Source: Geosiphon pyriformis uo1 (taxonomy: Eukaryota > Fungi > Glomeromycota). Taken from it: a DNA stretch of 64,000 nucleotides. This document shows, piece after piece, positions 1-13,129 of this stretch (positions are counted from its first letter, which is position 1; every line of letters begins with the position of its first letter). Under the pieces are notes generated by a model. The model searched no databases. It saw only the letters and a list, made by a program, of their open reading frames with translations, and was not told the origin of the DNA. Both the position numbers and the translations under genes were made by a program. The stretch lies in contig JAAOMT010000522.1 of NCBI GenBank assembly GCA_016748015.1, positions 1 through 64,000 of the forward strand, in the 5' to 3' direction.

Positions 1-855
1 CTTTAAAGATATACTGTATGTTTCAAGCTAGTTAATCAATGAACACAATGCCAAAAATTTCTTTTAATAACTGAATTAGCAATGATAAAATATTGTAAAT
101 CAGTTTTAATAAAAATAAAGAATTTAATAAATATTAACATAATAATAAAACTACATATATATTATGAAAAAACATGTAATTGTTTTATAGTTATGCTAAT
201 ACAGCATTGAAAAATACAAAATAATAAAAATTATATATATAATTGTCTATATATAGAAAATTATAATTAGAATAGTTTAATTAAATATAGAAAAGCAATG
301 TATTTTTTAAAATTATTGTTGTTTAAAAAAATTTTGAAAAAAAAATTTGTTGAATTACATAAAACATTTTAAATTAAACAAAAAATATTTTTAACAGCTT
401 AATTAAAGACAATAAATAATAAAAAAATAATATTTTAAAAATAATACATTAATAAAAAAACTTTTTATTATTAAGATTATAATATACTGTTTTATTAAAA
501 AACATATTTTAATATATTAAAAATTAGTTGTTATTATTCATAAAAAAAATAGAAAAATAATAATATATATAAATTAATAAAATAGTATAATATTAGAAAT
601 TTTAAAAATACTAAACATATTAAAAATTTTAAAAATACCAAAAAATATATTAAAATTAAAAATATTAACAATATTAGCAATTACTAAAAAAAATATAAAA
701 ATAATTAAAAATATCAAATTATTTTATATTATAAAAATAAAAACTTTTTTTTTTCTATGTTCAATTTCCCAAAAAACAATTTTTGAAAAAGAAGTTTTTT
801 GTTTTTATTTATCTGTAATCTTATCTTTAATATTTTTTAAGCTAATAATCCTTTT

Positions 856-2706
856 GTGGTAAACCTAAAAGCTGCTTCAAGTAACAACATATCTTAAAAA
901 AAATGCCCAAAAATGCTTTTTATGACTTAGTTAGAAGCATTTTCTTTCAGAAAAAGAAGATTTCTGTAGATAATATCAAACATTCTGGTTAAATTTGGCT
1001 TTATTAATAGTATGTATTCGAATATAAAGAGTAAATTTAGTAACAATAAAGTTGATAATACATTAATAAACATTGGTGGTAATTTTTTTCTTAGCTCAAC
1101 TGCAACAACTTCTAAAACTAAAAAAACTAATACTGGTTTGAATTATAATTTCTTTATTGGTATAATTAACTATAAAATAGATAAAAATAAAAGATTTTTT
1201 TTCTCTTCTCTTAATATTTCTTTTGACAAAAAGTGAGTTGACTCAAAGATTATCAAAACTCAGATTGAAATATTTATTAAAAAATTTTTTACTTTTAATA
1301 TTAATTTTTCTGCAATAAAAAAAAATCAGCTACAGCAAAAACTCAAGTAATTAGAAAAATGTTTTTAGTAATCAGTAATTTTAGAGGAGCCACTACTCTT
1401 TCAAAATTTAAAGAAATTGTTAAATTTATATTTACATTAAAAAAAAGCATAGAAAAAACTACATCATTGGTCAAAGAGAAAGACATTATTGTAAACACTG
1501 ATCTCAGAAAACAAAAAATCAAGTTAGATTAGGCTATAATAATTAAAAAAATTCTTATAAACATGCCAAAAATAATCATTACTGTAATTACTAAATATAA
1601 TCAGATCATGTTAATTAAATTGCAATTTATTGAGTTATAACAAAAAATTATGATAAAATTTGCTAAATTAGTTTAAGCAAATTAGTTGGCTGTAAAATAA
1701 TTTTTCTTAATTGGAAAAAATTCAGTACACATAGCTAAGGCTGTAAAAAATTGCAAAACTTAGATGTCTAAAAATTATTTTAAGGCACTTTTGTTTACTT
1801 TGTCTATAGAAACAACTGCTTATAATCTTAGTAATGTGTTAAAAAGAACTGGTAAGAAAACTTGTATTATTAATTGCTCATTCAACACTAACAATTGGGT
1901 TTATTGTGCTATAATTGGCTTTAAATTAGATAAAAAACTAGAGTCTGCTTTTGTACAGAGCTAATTTTTGGTGATATAAAATTATCTTAGATTAGAATTG
2001 ATTTGGTTTAATATAAAAAGTGTAAAAAGTTTAAACATTCTGCTTTAGAGTATAGTGCACCAAATGTTTTCATTTTTAAGTCTTTAAAAATATTTAAAAA
2101 AATTGTTTTAGATGTAAATTATCTTCAATTAACCAAATTGTATGCAAAAAAAGTGTTTTTATTTCTCATTCTGCTGTTTTTGGTAACAAATTTTAGACAA
2201 AAATGGTTTTATTTACTGCTATCTTTGAGAATATTTGTTTTAATTTTGGTTCTGAATTTTTTTTTTAATATGTCATGTATTAAAAAAAGTCTTATAGTTG
2301 CCCAGAATAATTTATTTATTAGTGTTTACTTGGCTTTTTTGGAATGTTTTTTGAAGTTTTTGGCTAATCAAGTGTTGAATATTATGCAAAAATTAAGTAG
2401 TATAGATCTAGTATCACTGGTGTTTGCTTTTTAATTTTTTTTTTCTGGTGTATCTGTTTTTTTGAATTTAAGGTTAGATTTGAATATGGTTTTAGATAAC
2501 TCATTTGAGCCACTTACTTTTCTTTTTTTAATTGCAAATAATATGATTTCAAATTTGGGTTTAAGCAATTTGAAGGTTTTGACCACCAAAATAAATGAAT
2601 TAGAATTTAAAATAGTGGTTTTTAAAGTTTCTGTTAGTTTAATTTTGACAAAATTGGATTAGTTGTGTATTGGCTTGGATTTTTTAATGTTTTTTTATTT
2701 TAATAA
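856..2706 (+). pseudogene. LINE ORF1 (gag-like) remnant, copy 1
   Basis: Fragments 1012-1236, 1764-1964 and 2462-2662 align to ORF1 of copies 3 and 4. Many stops and frameshifts. Confidence 0.85.
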
Positions 2707-5103
2707 TTGATCTAGTTTAGAAGTTTACTATGTGTAATGTTTAAAGTCTTAATGTTTCTGCAAAGCAAAAAAACATTATTCATTGGTATATGAGCCTAAA
2801 TAATATGATTTCAATTATTATAGAAACAAAATTAAGGTCTAATATTAAACTCTGGGTATTGAACAAGTTTAATGGGGTGTAGATTTTTATATCTGGTTTG
2901 AATAAAAATTTTCTTAATACTGGAATGGCTATTATTGTGAACAATTTTCTGGCTTAATATGTTTCTAAGATAGAAAAAATTTCTGGTCAGATTATTTTAG
3001 TAAGACTTTTATTCAAAAAAAAATTGTTAGTTATAATCTTAGATTTATATGCTGGTAATTTTACCAAAGTAAGGTTTGATCAGACATTAAAAATTAATTT
3101 TTTTATTGCCAAAGCAGTTAATTCTAATTCTTTTGTTGTATTGAATGAGAACTTCAACAAAAATAGTTCAAAAAAGAGAACAAGTTTCAAATTTTGTGTG
3201 AATTTAGAATTAATCAACTCATTTTGTGAATATTTATTGATTAAAGCTTTTACTTAAAGCAATTTTAGAAGCATTAAAAAGATTATTGATTTCATTTTTG
3301 TGAACCAAAATCTGGCATCTGTATTTATTGGTTATAGAGTTGACTTTGTATTTAATTTTTTTAATACCAATTACAAAACAATTTCAATTACAATTGGCTT
3401 GAATAGTTTTTTGGACATTGATCTTAATAATATATATAAATAAGCTAATAAAGACAGATGAAAGTTTAAAATCAAAAATACTGATGTTAGTAAGTAGACA
3501 ATTTAAAAAGTGTTCATTAAACAAATTTTTGAGAAAAATAGTGAGCTTTAATAATACAAAGAGTTGTAATAATCTAGATACAATATGGAAAATTTTGAAA
3601 AAAGTGATAATTAGCTTTGTTGATGAAATATTTTTTAAACTTTGGTTTTGTGAGTTCAACTATTCAAAAAATAAGCTGTTATTAAGATTTTTCAAGCTGG
3701 AATTGTTGGTGACTAAGATCATACAAAGTTTGGGTCTGAATTATGATTTAAAAACTGATCATTTTATTGGTATCTGAGCTATTATTGATAAAAAAGAAGT
3801 TGTCAAAATACATGTCATAATTGATAATAGTAATAGTCTAGAAAAAATTTTGTATTATTTGTTAAGAGTCAAAAAAAAAATCATAAATCCAAGTATTATG
3901 AGTTTAAAGTTGTCAGAGATAATCTTATTAGAAAAGTTATAAGCAAGTGTATAGAAAATTTTTGTTTTAATAAAAAAAAAATGATTGAAAATGTTCTGAA
4001 TCAGCTATTTTGAAAAGTGGTACTTAATTATTTGATAGTTAATAATGAACTGATTCTAGAGCCATATAAAGTCAAATTCACAATTAACACAATTATAAAA
4101 GATTGGACAAAAAAGCATGTAATGCCTAATATTTTGTTTGATTGTTGGTCTAATTAATATGCTCTTTTAGGTTATGTAGATGATAATGTCTTCTTAAAAG
4201 TAATATGCAATATTAAGTTTAATGAGTTTTTGCAAATTATCAAAAATTTACCTAATAAAAAAGCTGCTAGTTTATTTGGTATTCCTAATAAGCTTTAAAA
4301 ACATAATAATAAGTAAGTTTTAAGTAGTTTGTTGAATTTTTCAATGTGTTTGGTGTTGGGTGCAGTTCTTATACAATGAAAAAGAGCTTGAGTTTCTATA
4401 ATACCAAAGCCATATAATTAGAAAGAAATTTTTATGAATACTAAACTAATAGCTTTGATTAAAACAACTTAGAAAATTTTATTTAAGATTCTTTTAGATA
4501 AAATTTTTTTGGTCTGTAGCAATTTTAATGTCTTGTATAGTAATAATTTCTTAGTTTTAAAAAGCACATTTATCTAAACTTTGATCTTTTATTGTTGAAA
4601 ATATATTGAAGAAAAATAGAAAACTGTGACTAGTTCTTCAAAATATGTACAAAACATATGATTTTGTTAGGTAATATTATTTAAAAAACAGTTCAGTTAA
4701 AATCAAAATATGTTTCTGTTTTATTAAATTTTTTAAAATATATACAATGATTAAATTAATCAGATGATAATAAATTTTGGGCTTGCAGATAGGTATATTA
4801 TTCATGATAAGCTAGATTAAAATGAGATTTTTTTATCTTTATTGTGAAAAATTTTTATGATTTTTTGCTCTGCAAAGTTAAAATACATAAAAGTTTGTTT
4901 GGCTATAGGCTGAATTTAAAATTTTTTACATGAACTGTTAAATAAAGTTATAAAGATAGCATAACATTCTTTTTAGCAGTAAAAACTTTTGCTGATTAAC
5001 ACAATTTAGATTGAAAATAGCATATTTACTACTTGGCATATTTTGAATATAACTAGTGAATTTTTTTGAATCAATAATATTTTAATTAATACAGATAAGA
5101 TAG
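2703..5103 (+). pseudogene. LINE ORF2 remnant (APE endonuclease + RT), copy 1
   Basis: Decayed motifs K-F-T-M-C-N-V, IIIETKL, NENFN (=GGDFN), PIALI-like and YDFV are in the same order as in copy 3. Confidence 0.85.
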
Positions 5104-5759
5104 TATTATGGTTGAAACTTATACTTTTTATTAGTTATTACATATATTAACTACTAATGTCATATAATTAGCCATAATATTTTTAGATAGTGATTATTGA
5201 TCTAATCAATGAGCTGACTGTTGACCTAATTATTGACCTAATCATTAATCACTTTTGATAGTTATATAAGTGATGAATTTCTTAGCTGTAAAATAACATG
5301 TCGAAAATCAAGAAAATTAAATAAATAAAATAACAACTTTCATCTTAATTCTTTTCTTATTATTAATTTCTCTTTTCCTACATTCAAGTATCTGAATATC
5401 TTGGAATAAAAGATTACTTGTTGGTTATTTCCTACTTTTTTCCTGAAATATGTAATTGTAACATTTGAAGATTATTGAATAAAATATGACTGAAAAATAT
5501 CAAAACATTAATGTGAGACATAGAATTATACCAGTGTGTAATTATTTGTTGACAGTATAGACTATTTTTCTACTTTTAGATTCTCTAATTATTTTTTGAA
5601 AAGTATAGTGACTGAGATATTTTATGAAACTGATTTTGTATATTGAATTTATACTTATTCAATTCGCTCTTTGAAGTTAAATTCTCTTTAATTCTTTTTA
5701 TTACTCTACAATCCTGTTTTCTCTTGTTATCCATTAGCTTATTACTCTAATCTGTAATA
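5104..5759 (+). repeat. 5' LTR, family A (656 bp)
   Basis: Direct repeat of 12074-12751. Termini tatta...gtaata are decayed TGTTAC...GTAACA. Confidence 0.95.
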
Positions 5760-5765
5760 TAAAAA

Positions 5766-5782
5766 TAGTGTTTTCTGTGAAA
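5766..5782 (+). promoter_or_regulatory. Putative primer-binding site, family A
   Basis: tagtgttttctgtgaaa lies 6 nt after the LTR and reads as decayed TGGTGCT.... A similar tagtgcttttctatggaa follows the family B LTR. Confidence 0.55.
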
Positions 5783-5872
5783 TTGTCAAAATTTATTTTG
5801 TTTTCTATTATATGGGTAATTATTCATATCTGCCACAACAATCAGAAAAACACTTTAAAGCATACAACAAAA

Positions 5873-8800
5873 ATGACTTAGACTTTATTGAACTTAATTT
5901 TTTGCCCTTCTGCTTGATTTGCTTCCCATTAAAGAACAATCTAGTAGACAATTCCAAGACTTTTGAAACTGGTTTCTGAACAAACATTCAGCTGAAACTT
6001 ATACAGCTTATACAACTTATTATTTTAAACAAGCTTATTTTGAAGACAACTTTGAAGAAAGAAACAACAGTATTAATCAACTTTTATATTCCACAATCTT
6101 TGAATAACAGCCTCCTGATTACAAATACTTGAATTACTAAATTCACATTTGGATTGCTGCCCACCAGCTAACTGAAACACTCTTTGAAACAGAAGAAGAA
6201 AGTTATTAAACTGCTTCTGTTTTTAATATTTTCTTAAGTAAATTAGAACATTCTACACAAACAGCTACTTTTGAACTAATAACTAATGACCATATACAAC
6301 AAAACATTCTGATCATCTTCCAAGGCATACAAACTGCTTTAGAGCGAAGAAATAACACCTTACTATTTTTATTCAAAAGCAATGCACAAGATCCAATTGA
6401 ATAGTTGGATGACTTTGAAAAAGCTGCTACAGCCAACTAATATAATAATGAATACAAGTTTCAAATTGTTGGTGGCTATCTTCAAGGCTTTTCTGCTATT
6501 TGGTTTTTACAAAAAACTAATATGAATGCTTAGCAAAGAATTATTAGATAGATATTAGCAAATATTGAAAAAGATAACACCTCTTTTACTACCTGGTTTA
6601 AAATAAAATTTAGAACCCCTATTTTAATATCAATATAGTACATAGAATTAGAAAAAAAAACCCAAGATCTTGGTGAAGTTATAATTAAATATGCCAAAGC
6701 AAACAGAAAGTTAATCAAATGAATAGACTTTAGAAGAAATTAGACAGAAAAACAGAAAATTCACTCCTTTACAAAAAGATTAAAAACTGATCTCTTATAT
6801 GCTTTTTGTTCTTTTCTGGCTCTAAAAGACAATCTCACAATGGACATGGCCATTGAATTTGTCCAACAAATTAAAAACAACCAAAGAATGCACTTGAGAT
6901 CCACACTACTAGTTTTTGCTCCTGTTTTTGCTTCTGTTATGACTTTTGCTTTTCAAATGACTGCTATTTCTTTCACTGTTCAGACTTCAAATCTTAATAA
7001 ACAATTAATAGATAGACTCACAGCTAATCTTGCCCAATTATTAGAGCTTTTAGCCCAAAAAATCAGAGAAAATCAACAACTCCAAAGATCCAGATTTGAA
7101 TTTTGTTTTAATCAATTCTAGCAACTTTCTTATTAAAAACAGCAAAATTATGACCCACCAGTATGTTATTACTGTAAATTAACTGGATATTTCTTCAAAG
7201 ATTGTAATAATTCTCTTTTGCTTTCTCCAGTTCTCAGAAACAATAACAATCAAAAACAACAGAGTTCTCAATTAAAAACTCAATCATGCCAATATCAATT
7301 TCTTTAGAAAAGATCCCTTAATTAAAGCTACTGTTTATTAGCCTTTAAACTAGTAGATGCACTTCCAAAAAATAAGAGTGCAAACCAACCAGAAAAAAAC
7401 TTCTTTTATGCTTTTAAATTAACTAATAATAACTATACTATAGATAAACTAGCAATTAACACCTTTAAATCAACAAAAAAGAAGAAAAAAGCCAAGATTA
7501 AATTCGTTTTGAACCCAAACAAAACATTCACATCAACTATTAATAACAATAAGCCACCAAAAATTAAAGTTTTTAAAAATTCTTCAAAGTTGGAACCCCC
7601 ATAAATAGTACAAAAATCTGGTCTCTATTCTATTGTGAAAGATCTTATAAAAACTCCAATACACATCACATTTGGCCAATTAATAACTCACTTACAATTC
7701 AGAAAAAATTTGCAAATTATTGATACCAAAAAAGAAGATACCAAAAACCAACAAGTGTTTTTGCCAAGCTAAACTCACTGACAACAGCAATATTACTTCT
7801 CTGATTTGCAAAGCCCAAGTGGCTGGCTACTTTATTGATTTAATATTAAATAGTAAATTATCTGTTAGTGTAATTACTAAACACTTTCTGGAAGCCATTG
7901 GAAAAAAAATTGATAAATCTTCTATCCAGTCTATGACCAATGTATATTCTGACAAAAAAAAAGGCCTGGACATAACCAAAGCTGTTCTGTTTGCATCAAT
8001 AGTATCAGCATTGAAACAGACATAAAAGTATTTGAAGCAAACAAATACATTATTATTGTTGGTAATGAGTGCTCAAGAAAGCCAAAGCATTACTTGACTA
8101 TAAACTTTGTAAGCTAATTATCAGATATAGTAAGAAACCTATTATGGTTAAGTACTGTTATTGAACAACTCCTCCAGTACCTAAGCAAAACCAAGAAGAA
8201 GAACAATCAGATAAATCAGATAATAATAAGAATAATAAAAAAAAAGATCAAAAAGAAAAAGAAAAAACTGCTAAACTTACTTATACTATCTTTACCAGCA
8301 ATGGCAAGCCAATAGACAAATCTTAAAGTTAACAAAGAAGAAATCATAATAAATAGCAAGCTGATTTGCTGGCCTTACTATGACAGCCTCAAAAAAATCT
8401 TTGATAGAAAACCTGATAAGAAAGCCAAATATAGCTATTGGTAACATAATTCTTGTATCAAGTGCTAATACAATAAACCATTGTATTTTTCTAGTAATAA
8501 ATACAATTTCTGTTTGATCTATTACAAAGATTTACAGCTAATTAGTTTAATATTCAGAGAAGAACTAAAAGAAGTACAGAAGTTTTTTAAGAATAAACCA
8601 CCTAAAATTTAATTACTAGTTGTAAAACAAAGAGAACCTTCCTTTAAAAAAAAAAAAGTAGACATTAAAAATCTGTTGGCTAAAAATAGCTCAGTTATCT
8701 TAAAAGAAAATAATATTTCTAGGCAAACTCATGTAATACAACATATTATCACCACCAGAAAAACTTGTCCAATCTATTTAAAGCCTTATTAATCCAATTA

Positions 8801-11385
8801 ATACAATGATGAGTTTATTAAGAAAGAGATAACCTGAATAAAAAATCTTGAATTCATACAAGAAACCAAAAATAAATGAGCTTTCTCAGTTGTAGTGGTA
8901 TTCAAGAAAAGTAAAACTCTATGCTTCTGTATTAATTATTACCAATTAAATACCATTACTATAAAAAACATATATTCATTTCTCAAAATTAATACAATGC
9001 TAAACAAATTCAATAATGCTGCTTTCTTCTCAACTATTGACTTAACTACTGGATTTTGGCAAGTAAAAATAGATCCAGAAAGCAGAAAGAAAACTGCCTT
9101 CATTATTAAGTATGGCACCTATGAATTCACAGTCATACCTTTTGGTTTTACCAATGTCTCTTTTACTTTTCAACATCTAATAGACAAAATGTTTGAATCA
9201 GTAAAAGAAAACTTTGTTCTGGTCTACTTAGATAACATAATAGTATACTCAAAAACCTGGGATGAACATTTTAAACACTTGCAAAAGGTTTTTGAACTTC
9301 TTAAAAATGCTGGCCTCAAGATCAACTCAATCAAATCTTTTTTTGGATGTCAATCCATCCAGTTCCTTGGTTATCTTATTACAAAAGATAGAATCTTCTC
9401 TGATTTAGCTAAAGTTAAAAAAGTCCAGAACATTAAACAACCAATAAATGTTCTTGAACTACACTTTTTTCTTGGTTTGGCTTCTTACTATTGCAAATTT
9501 ATCAAAGATTTTTCCAAAATTACTTTTTCTCTCAATCAGCTACTCAGAAAAAATATTAATTATTACTAGAGTACTCATCAACAAAAAGCTTTTGAAACAT
9601 TAAAAAAAAAACTTGTTATTGAATTAATTCTTAAACAATCTAACCTGAATCAATCTTTTATTTTTCACATTGATACATCTGGCTATGGACTTGGTGCTGT
9701 CCTTTCACAAAAAAATGAAGATAACAGAGAACATGCTATAGTATATGTCAGTAGAACCTTTACATCAGCAGAAAAAAATTATTCAGTTATTAAACAAAAA
9801 TGCTTGGCAGTAGTTTAAATTATTAGTTACTGGAATTAATATTTTCTTGGTGTAAAATTTCTAGTAGTAACAGACCATCAAGCTTTGGTTTGACTGTATA
9901 ACAAAAAAAAATTAGAACATAAATGAATAACTTGCTGAATACTCCATCTGAATAAATTTGACTATGACATTTAACACCACAAAAGAGCTAATTATCAAAA
10001 CATTAATGCTTTCTCTAGACTTATTATTCAGTAATAATACAACTTTTCAACCAAACCAACTTAATTATTAGTAACTCTCTCATAAACAAACATAATAATA
10101 GACTTGGACAACTATTTTGTTTTAATAAAATTTTTGGGTAAAAGACAATACTCACAAAACTACACTTGACAACAAAGAGAACATTTGCACAAACAATCAA
10201 ATTTCTATTTGATTTGCCAAAATCAGTTATATAAAAGAAATAAAAAAGATTCTAACTATTCTCAAAGAATTATAAGATTTAAAAAAAGAGAAATTGTGAT
10301 TTACAACATACATACTGATCCATTAGCTGGACACTTTGAAAAAACAAAAACAATTCAGAAACTTTAGCTTGCTATTATTGGCCTATCTTAGAAAAAGACA
10401 TTGCTGAGTACATTAAAATCTGTAATATCTGCCAAAAAAAAAGAAAATCCAATTGCAAAGAAGATATTTATCCAATCTTTGTTGATCAGTTATTTGACAG
10501 AATTGGCATAGATGTTGTTAGATTTTTAAAAATAACTGCTAATGGCAACAGATATATTATTACAGCTACCAACTATCTTACAAAGTATATAGAAACAAGA
10601 GCCACTCCAGACCAAACAGCAGTCTCAATAACCAATTTCATTTATGAAAATATCATCTGCTATCATGGCTGCTTTAAAAAACTTTTATCTAATAAAAGAA
10701 GAGCTTTTTTTAGTATACTGGTTAAAAAACTTTTTAGAAAAATGAGAATATGTCATAAACTTTTCTCTTTTTATCATCCTCAAACAAATAGCCTAGTAAA
10801 ACATTTTAATAGAACACTATGTAAAACTTTAGCCAAAACCAATAAAGAAACAAACTTATGGAACAAAATACTGCCTTTAGCTTTGTTTACTTATAGAACT
10901 GTAAATTTTAACATAACAAATTATAAATCTTTTTATTTGCTCTATAAATATATGACAACACTACCAATAAAAACTAATATTGAAACAATACCCTTTGAAA
11001 AAATTACAATAGAGAATTATAAAGATATTTTGCAAAGAAGACTTGGTATCATTCTTGACTTCTTAATAGAAACACAAATAATTGCTTTTGAAAAAATAAA
11101 TCAGTTCCAAAAAAAGCTTAAGAAAAAAAAACCTATAAAACACTTTTCTTAAATATTGATGACTTGATATTAGAATATTATTTAGATAAAAACAATGTCT
11201 ATGATAATAAATTCTCTAGCCAGTAGAAAAAATATTATATAGTCAACAAAGTTTTGAATAATGGTTCTTATATTCTTTAAGATCAATTTAAAACAATTTT
11301 CAATAATTGTTCTGTTCATAATCCACAAATTAAAAAATATTATAAACGACCTAATTGGTTGTCTGTTGTGGTAATACTGACTTAA
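5873..11385 (+). pseudogene. gag-pol remnant, family A
   Basis: Knuckle CYYCKLTGYFFKDC (~7163-7204); protease LILNSKLSVSVI (~7840); RT FCINY/IDLTTGFWQ/PFG/YLDN (8895-9569); RNase H HIDTSGYGLGAVLSQ (~9670); integrase HTDPLAGH..CNICQ, GIDVV, HPQTNSLVKHFNRTL. No chromodomain seen. Confidence 0.93.
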
Positions 11386-11405
11386 ATAATTAGCAAAAAT
11401 CAAGT

Positions 11406-12014
11406 ATAAATAAATACACTATTCCCAAAACAGAGGTATTTTCAATTGATATAAACAATTATTTTCTGGATTAAAATATTTAAAACACTTTCTATACTCT
11501 CCATGAGTATTAGATCAAAAACTATCTAAATATTACTTTGACTATTGGAAAACAGATTACCATAACTGATAACAGAACACATATTGTTATTAGACCAAAG
11601 AAAACCACTATTAGAAGAAAAAGAATTGGTAACAAAATGAATAAATATCTGTTAGAAAGTATAACAGCAGCTATACTCTCACTTTCCAATACAATTGGGA
11701 AAACAATCTAAAAAATCTTGCTTATAGACAAAAACTTGTCATATAAAAGACAATTAGAACTCTTTAATTGTTTTAATGAAATTATAGAGAATATGAAACT
11801 TATGAAGAAAACAACTTTAGAGATACAGACAGAAATTTTGGGCATTATACAATTAGATGTTCCAAGAGTTTTAACTATTGCTAAAAGAACCAAAATTCTA
11901 ATACAAAGATTTGATTTCTTAAAAACAAAACTTATTTTGTCTCAAATATTATATATTCTATTCACAAAAAACTTCAACAAACTAGTTAGCTTTGAGTTAA
12001 ACAAAACTCTTTAA
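11406..12014 (+). pseudogene. Additional ~200-aa ORF of unknown function between integrase and PPT (family A ORF3)
   Basis: One reading frame with a few point stops, ending in track ORF 11718-12014. The same segment is in the second family A copy at ~60980-61550 (-). Confidence 0.6.
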
Positions 12015-12062
12015 TTAGATTATCTTATGAATAGCTTGATTTCACTAAAGCTCAAACTCTTT

Positions 12063-12073
12063 GGAGAGGATGA
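12063..12073 (+). promoter_or_regulatory. Polypurine tract, family A
   Basis: ggagaggatga lies immediately before the 3' LTR. Confidence 0.75.
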
Positions 12074-12751
12074 TATTACAGTTAAAATTCACACTTTTTA
12101 TTAGTTATCACATGTATTAGCCATTAATATCATATAATTAGCCATACTATTTTTAGATAGTGATTATTAATTTGATTATTGACTTGATTATTGACCTAAT
12201 CATTGACCTGATTATTAACCACTTTTGATAGCTATATAAGTAATGAATCTCTTAACTGTAAAATAGCATGTCAGAAATCAAGAAAATCAAATAAATAAAA
12301 TAACAACTTTTATCTCAATTCTTCTCTTATCACTAATTTTCTTTTCTCTATCTTCAAGTATCTGAATATCTTGGAATAAAAGATTACTTGTTGGTTATTC
12401 CCTATCTTTTTTCTGAAATGTGTAATTGTAGCATTTGAAGATTATTACATAAAATATGACTGAAAAATATCTGATACCTAATATTGAATTCTAAAAGCAT
12501 TGATGTGAGGCATAGAATTATACCAGTGTGTAATTATTTGTTGACAGTATAGATTATCTTTTTACTTTTAGATTTTCTAATTATTTTTTGAAAAGTATAG
12601 TGACTGAGATATTTTATAAGACTGATTTTGCATATTGAATTTATACTCATTCAATTCACTCTTTGAAGTTAAATTCTTTTTGATTCTTTTTATCACTTTA
12701 CAATCTTGTTCTCTCTTGTTATCTGTTAGCTTGTTATTCCAATCTGTAACA
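12074..12751 (+). repeat. 3' LTR, family A (678 bp)
   Basis: Direct repeat of 5104-5759 with a ~22 bp indel near 12471-12492. Ends in tgtaaca. Confidence 0.95.
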
Positions 12752-12755
12752 ATAG

Positions 12756-13129
12756 TAACTATATCTATTAATTAAAAAGTAGAGAATTTTTATTTGTTAA
12801 TTAGTAAATCAAACATTTTTATTGTTAAGAAAAATAAATCTCATAAATACTTAGACATTTTTTTATTTACTAATGGTCTTTTAAAATCTAGTCTTATTAA
12901 AACTTATTTGGGTATTAAATTTTTTACAAATTTGGTTTTAAAGAAAGCAGTATCTAACAAACAGTTTTATTACTTGGTGTTTGCTGTTTTGTAGCCAATA
13001 GTTGATTACAAATTGTAGTTTAGTTATGTTTTTGCTAATGTGTACAAAAAATAGAATAGAATGTTAAAAAAAAGACTAAAACTCAAGACCAATTTACCTA
13101 AAAATCTTCTCAATAAAGTTATTTCCTAT
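12756..13129 (+). mobile_element. LINE copy 1, continuation of ORF2, cut by the family B LTR
   Basis: HKYLDIFL...FFTNLVLKKAVSNKQFYYLV...LKLKTNLP matches ORF2 downstream of RT in copy 3. Ends at tgttacc. Confidence 0.9.

Larger units (their letters stand above)
744..5103 (+). mobile_element. LINE copy 1, 5' part (5'UTR, ORF1, APE and most of RT), heavily decayed
   Basis: The pyrimidine-rich 5' end matches the 5' ends of copies 3 and 4. ORF fragments (FKALLFTLSIETTAYNL, VLNENFNKN, FFKLELLVTKI) are colinear with copy 3. It breaks at ...NTDKI, where an LTR element is inserted. Confidence 0.9.
5104..12751 (+). mobile_element. Ty3/Gypsy LTR retrotransposon family A, full-length, decayed
   Basis: Two LTRs (5104-5759, 12074-12751), TSD ATAG at 5100-5103 and 12752-12755, PBS-like site, PPT, and domain order gag-PR-RT-RH-INT. 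Removing the element and one ATAG restores the LINE frame TDKIVTISIN. Confidence 0.95.

Noticed and set aside
1-743. AT-rich stretch with short repeats near 590-720
   Set aside because: Probably an eroded element, but I could not recover any motif or terminus.
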